Source: Vulcanimicrobiota bacterium
GTDB taxonomy: Bacteria > Vulcanimicrobiota > Vulcanimicrobiia > Vulcanimicrobiales > Vulcanimicrobiaceae
Assembly: GCA_963714015.1 (NCBI GenBank)
Contig: OY970223.1
Span: 3,360,001-3,424,000 of the forward strand
Length of the DNA stretch: 64,000 nt
Direction of reading: 5' to 3'
Made by a program: the position numbers and the translations under genes. The notes beneath the pieces were generated by a model. It ran no database searches and was not told the origin of the DNA. It saw nothing but the letters and a program-made list of their open reading frames with translations. Of this stretch, positions 60,678-64,000 are shown piece by piece (within the stretch, counting starts at the first letter, position 1; every line of letters starts with the position of its first letter).

Positions 60678-62215
60678 GCGGTCGCCTTGCGCTCCAGCTC
60701 TTTGCGCAGAGCCAGCTGTCCACGCACCCCGAGGGTTTCGTAGACCTCCTCGATTTGCTTCTTCAGCGTGAACTCGCTGCGGCTAAAACGCCGGCAGAGT
60801 TCTTCCATCCCGGCGCCTTCACAAAGGGCCGTTGCCAGTTGAAGCTGGATGTTGCTCAGTTTGCCCAGGGCCGGACTTTGCGCCGGCTCGGGCGGATGTT
60901 GTACCTGCTTGCACAGGGCGCTATTGGGAAACACGAGCGCGTGCGCTTGCGCCATCCGGTTCCACGCATCTTCCTGCGTAAGCTCGTAGAGCGCTTCGGC
61001 CGCAAGCGCAGCGCGAAACTCGTGCTGAATCTGGGAGAAGACTTGGTAGGCCGACTCCAGATTCTTTACCGCCAGGTTCTTGTTTCCGAGTACTGCTTGG
61101 ACGCGTCCTGAGGCAAACTTCTCCAAAGCTTGCGTTCTGCGCTGATGCGAGGCGCCGATCGTCGGATCGACGTTCTGCGTTCCGAGTTGAATATACGTCG
61201 AAACGTAGCGCTGAGCTTGACCCATGTCGAGGGGAGCAAACAGTACCGCGAGCGAGGTCAGCGCGATGCGTTCTTCGCCCATCGTCGCGCCCCATTGCAC
61301 AGTACGCGCCAGATTGTGCGCCTGATAAAGCTCCTCCGTTGCCCACGCTTCGTTGCCCGTCATCCGCGCGACGAAGGCCCGATCGACGTGCGCCATCACC
61401 TTCCAAGCGACGGTCGGGGCGAGGTCTTTGGAGTCCTTGAACAGCCACTGAGCCCGCGCCGATTCACCTTCCAAGAATGCTTGCCATGCGAGAGCGCGCA
61501 CGCACAGGAATTTGTAAGTCTGCAGGTCTGCAGTCCATTCGAGTGCATCGTACAAGCGCTCGCCTTGAGCGACGGCGTCGCGCTCGCCCAGTTCGAACGC
61601 AAGCTCGAGCATAGCATGCAGAGCGACGCTAACCATGGTGAGGTCGCAGCGGTAGCCGTGCTGCTCGAACATCCGCAAAGCAGCCAGCAGTTCGTGCAGC
61701 TGATTGCGGTAATCTTCGACCCCGGCGTACATCCATGCTTGCACGACCTTCGCCGAAAAGCGGACTGCCGGATCTTCAGCGCGCGCCGCGATGTTGAAGT
61801 ACTCGCTCTGCGGCTCGTAGTTCTTCGTCGACCACAGAAGGCGCGAGCGATGCAGCGCGAGGTGCGAGCCGAGCGGATCGTCCGATCCGTTCAGCAGACC
61901 TTCGCCGGCGTCCAGCATTTCCTGCGCGCCGTCGAAGTTTCTGGAGTTCGTATACGCCCTTGCGGAGGCGATGTAGTATCCGAATCTTCCGGCATTGGAA
62001 GTAAAGGCGTCGGAGTGCGCCGCCAGTTCTTGTAATCCCAGAATCGGATCGCGGTAGGTGAGCACTTGCGCCCGCAGCAGCAGGCCCTGTTCACTTTCCG
62101 CTTGCGGCCATTCCTCGCATCCGTTGAGCAGCTCGAGTGCCTCGTCGCGACGTGCGCGCCGGTGGGCTTCGAGTGCGTTCTGCAGATGCTCGGCGGCTTG
62201 TATGCCGGTCATCAT
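60674..62215 (-). CDS. TPR-like helical protein with C-terminal LuxR-type HTH
   Basis: Helical repeats; LSNIQLQLATALCEG...SEFTLKKQIEEVYETLGV. Confidence 0.75.
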   Translation of the reverse strand: MMTGIQAAEHLQNALEAHRRARRDEALELLNGCEEWPQAESEQGLLLRAQVLTYRDPILGLQELAAHSDAFTSNAGRFGYYIASARAYTNSRNFDGAQEMLDAGEGLLNGSDDPLGSHLALHRSRLLWSTKNYEPQSEYFNIAARAEDPAVRFSAKVVQAWMYAGVEDYRNQLHELLAALRMFEQHGYRCDLTMVSVALHAMLELAFELGERDAVAQGERLYDALEWTADLQTYKFLCVRALAWQAFLEGESARAQWLFKDSKDLAPTVAWKVMAHVDRAFVARMTGNEAWATEELYQAHNLARTVQWGATMGEERIALTSLAVLFAPLDMGQAQRYVSTYIQLGTQNVDPTIGASHQRRTQALEKFASGRVQAVLGNKNLAVKNLESAYQVFSQIQHEFRAALAAEALYELTQEDAWNRMAQAHALVFPNSALCKQVQHPPEPAQSPALGKLSNIQLQLATALCEGAGMEELCRRFSRSEFTLKKQIEEVYETLGVRGQLALRKELERKATA

Positions 62216-62243
62216 AAGCGTATCCCCTCGATAGACTCAGCGC

Positions 62244-63227
62244 TTAGTCCTGAAGAGTTCCGACGCTGGTGTCTTGTCCGCCGCTAACCACGGCTTGTGG
62301 TCCCTGGACGGATTTCTGCTGTGAGGGTGAAGTCGACGTGAAGCTCAATCCGGCAGCATTCACGTAAGTGTTGTAGACGACCAAACTATACGAACCGGCG
62401 TTCAGCGTATGAATCGAGAAGTTGCCGCCCGCATCGGTGCTTGAGGTGTTGCCGATGGAACCGTCGGCGGCGTAAGCCACGACAACCGCGTTCTGAACCG
62501 GATTCCCGTTCGCATCGTGGATCAGACCGCTGATGGAACCGCAGTCGTCAATCGGCGCGACGAAGAGGGCCGGCTGCGCTATCAGCGTGCCGCTCGAGTT
62601 CAGGTTGAGCGATTCGAACGCGTTGAAGTCTACGCGGACCGCATTGGTGCCGTTTTGCGGAATCGAGAAGGGCTGATTGAGCACGATGGCCACCGTGTTC
62701 GAGTCGATGCTGGCGGTGCTCGTGTTGGAGCCGGCACCGACGCTGCTCAGCGTCAAGTCGTTCGTCTGGAAGTCCAGCGGCATGGACGTGCCGTTGCTGA
62801 AAACTCCGGTGCTGCTCTTGAGGTCCACCACCAGGCGCAGCTGTTGATAGTCGGATCGCAGCGTCTGCCCGTTCGCGACGACTTGACCGCTATTGCCGGG
62901 CTCGTTGAGGACGTTGACGACGTAGGGCGTCGAGAATTGCGCAAGGACTGTGGTCTGCCCGTTGTCGATCGCGTCGACTTCTTTGACGCCGATGTTCAGC
63001 GCGGACATTTGATTGCCGCCCAAGTTCGGAGGCGCGTCGCCCAGAAGCACCCGGAGCAAATCGCTGACCGCCGGACCAATGCCGCCGTACACGCCCTTCG
63101 GAAGCACTGTGTGATGGTGCGGGTCCGAGGCGGGAAGGACCGACCCGACCGATCCGGTTTGATGCGCGCAACCCCCAAGGCCTAGCAGACAAATAGAAAC
63201 TACAGCCGTTGTAAAGAGCTTTTTCAA
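62244..63227 (-). CDS. Lipoprotein (DUF4382-like plus carboxypeptidase-regulatory-like domain)
   Basis: LGGC lipobox; VLLGDAP, YQQLRLVV, VDFNAFES; ISG..DANGNPV, TDAGGNF. Confidence 0.72.
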   Translation of the reverse strand: MKKLFTTAVVSICLLGLGGCAHQTGSVGSVLPASDPHHHTVLPKGVYGGIGPAVSDLLRVLLGDAPPNLGGNQMSALNIGVKEVDAIDNGQTTVLAQFSTPYVVNVLNEPGNSGQVVANGQTLRSDYQQLRLVVDLKSSTGVFSNGTSMPLDFQTNDLTLSSVGAGSNTSTASIDSNTVAIVLNQPFSIPQNGTNAVRVDFNAFESLNLNSSGTLIAQPALFVAPIDDCGSISGLIHDANGNPVQNAVVVAYAADGSIGNTSSTDAGGNFSIHTLNAGSYSLVVYNTYVNAAGLSFTSTSPSQQKSVQGPQAVVSGGQDTSVGTLQD

Positions 63228-63407
63228 GGTCGTTCCTCCCGCGTCACTCTCCCTGGACGCAGCAAAGATGTATTCAATTGTGGTTCGTACACCCGGATTG
63301 CCTAATTATACAGCCGGCAGAAATATGCGCTACAAATCGTTTACGCTTCTAAGGCTGAAAACTAGCCAAACTTGGTAAATTTCGCGTTAAACTGCGCATT
63401 GAGTCGG

Positions 63408-64000
63408 CTATCGTACAAGCACTTTGCGCAGTGCCATAGTGCTGCTCACGCCGAACGTTTCGTAGATCGCATCGATCTGCTTCTTGAGCGTGAATTCGCT
63501 GCGGCTAAACCGCCGCGAAAGTTCGTCTATGCCGGCGCCTTCGCACAATGCCATCGCCAGCTGACGCTGCGAATTCGAAAGCTTCGTCATTGTCCCGACT
63601 GCCGCGCCGGCACGGGGCTCAGAGACACCCCGGCAAAGCGCGCTGTTCGGGAAGCTGCGAGCATGCGCAACGGCCATCTCATTCCAGGCGTCGTCTTCAG
63701 TGAGTTCGTACAGCGCCTGGGCTGCGAGCGCCGCGCGGAATTCGTGGTGAATTTGTGAGAAGATCTCGTAGGCCGACTCGAGATGCTTCACCGCGCTGAG
63801 TTTGTTCCCGAGCATTGCCTGAACGCGGCCGGAGGCGTATTTTTCGAGCGCCTGCGTTCGCCGTTGATGCGCGGCGCCCAGCGTCGGGTCGATGCCTTCG
63901 GTTCCCAAACGGATGTACGTGGAGACGTAACGCTGCGCTTGCGCCATTTCGGTGGGCGCGAACATCACTGCCAGCGAGATCAGCGCCATGCGCTCTTCAC
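63408..64000 (-). CDS. Paralogous TPR-like/LuxR-HTH regulator (5' end beyond the window)
   Basis: Shares AQRYVSTYI, HQRRTQALEK, RRFSRSEFTLKKQI with 60674-62215. Confidence 0.8.
   Translation of the reverse strand, partial: EERMALISLAVMFAPTEMAQAQRYVSTYIRLGTEGIDPTLGAAHQRRTQALEKYASGRVQAMLGNKLSAVKHLESAYEIFSQIHHEFRAALAAQALYELTEDDAWNEMAVAHARSFPNSALCRGVSEPRAGAAVGTMTKLSNSQRQLAMALCEGAGIDELSRRFSRSEFTLKKQIDAIYETFGVSSTMALRKVLVR

Overview
GC-rich bacterial chromosomal window, mostly housekeeping genes on the minus strand: rimP-nusA-ylxR-infB; moaC-mog-folC-folP-folB-folK-accC-nusB-PBP1A-xseAB-tlyA-nadK-recN; a TonB/ExbBD cluster; rho; moeA-hisC-like-smpB-tilS-hpt-ftsH-M16 pair. On the plus strand are pyk, serS, ksgA and pepN. 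Firmicutes-like gene order, TonB/ExbBD and a Gram-positive-type LexA box suggest a diderm Terrabacteria lineage such as Eremiobacterota/Vulcanimicrobiota (inference only). I found no rRNA, tRNA, CRISPR array or transposase. Most notable: (1) a LexA-boxed, apparently leaderless operon pairing a catalytically degenerate RNase H-fold protein with an MPG glycosylase; (2) three copies of a covarying two-GGA-loop (TwoAYGGAY-like) RNA element, plus a separate promoter/terminator-bounded GGA-rich sRNA candidate; (3) FolK fused to a BCCP-like domain lacking the biotinyl-lysine, directly upstream of accC; (4) a degenerate tandem HD-GYP gene coupled to a degenerate DNA-methyltransferase-like gene; (5) two genes that appear to start at ATA overlapping the upstream stop; (6) a tandem TPR-LuxR/lipoprotein/GGDEF-EAL locus. 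Seven genes carry apparent +1 frameshifts, probably assembly errors. All family assignments come from motif recognition by eye, not database searches.
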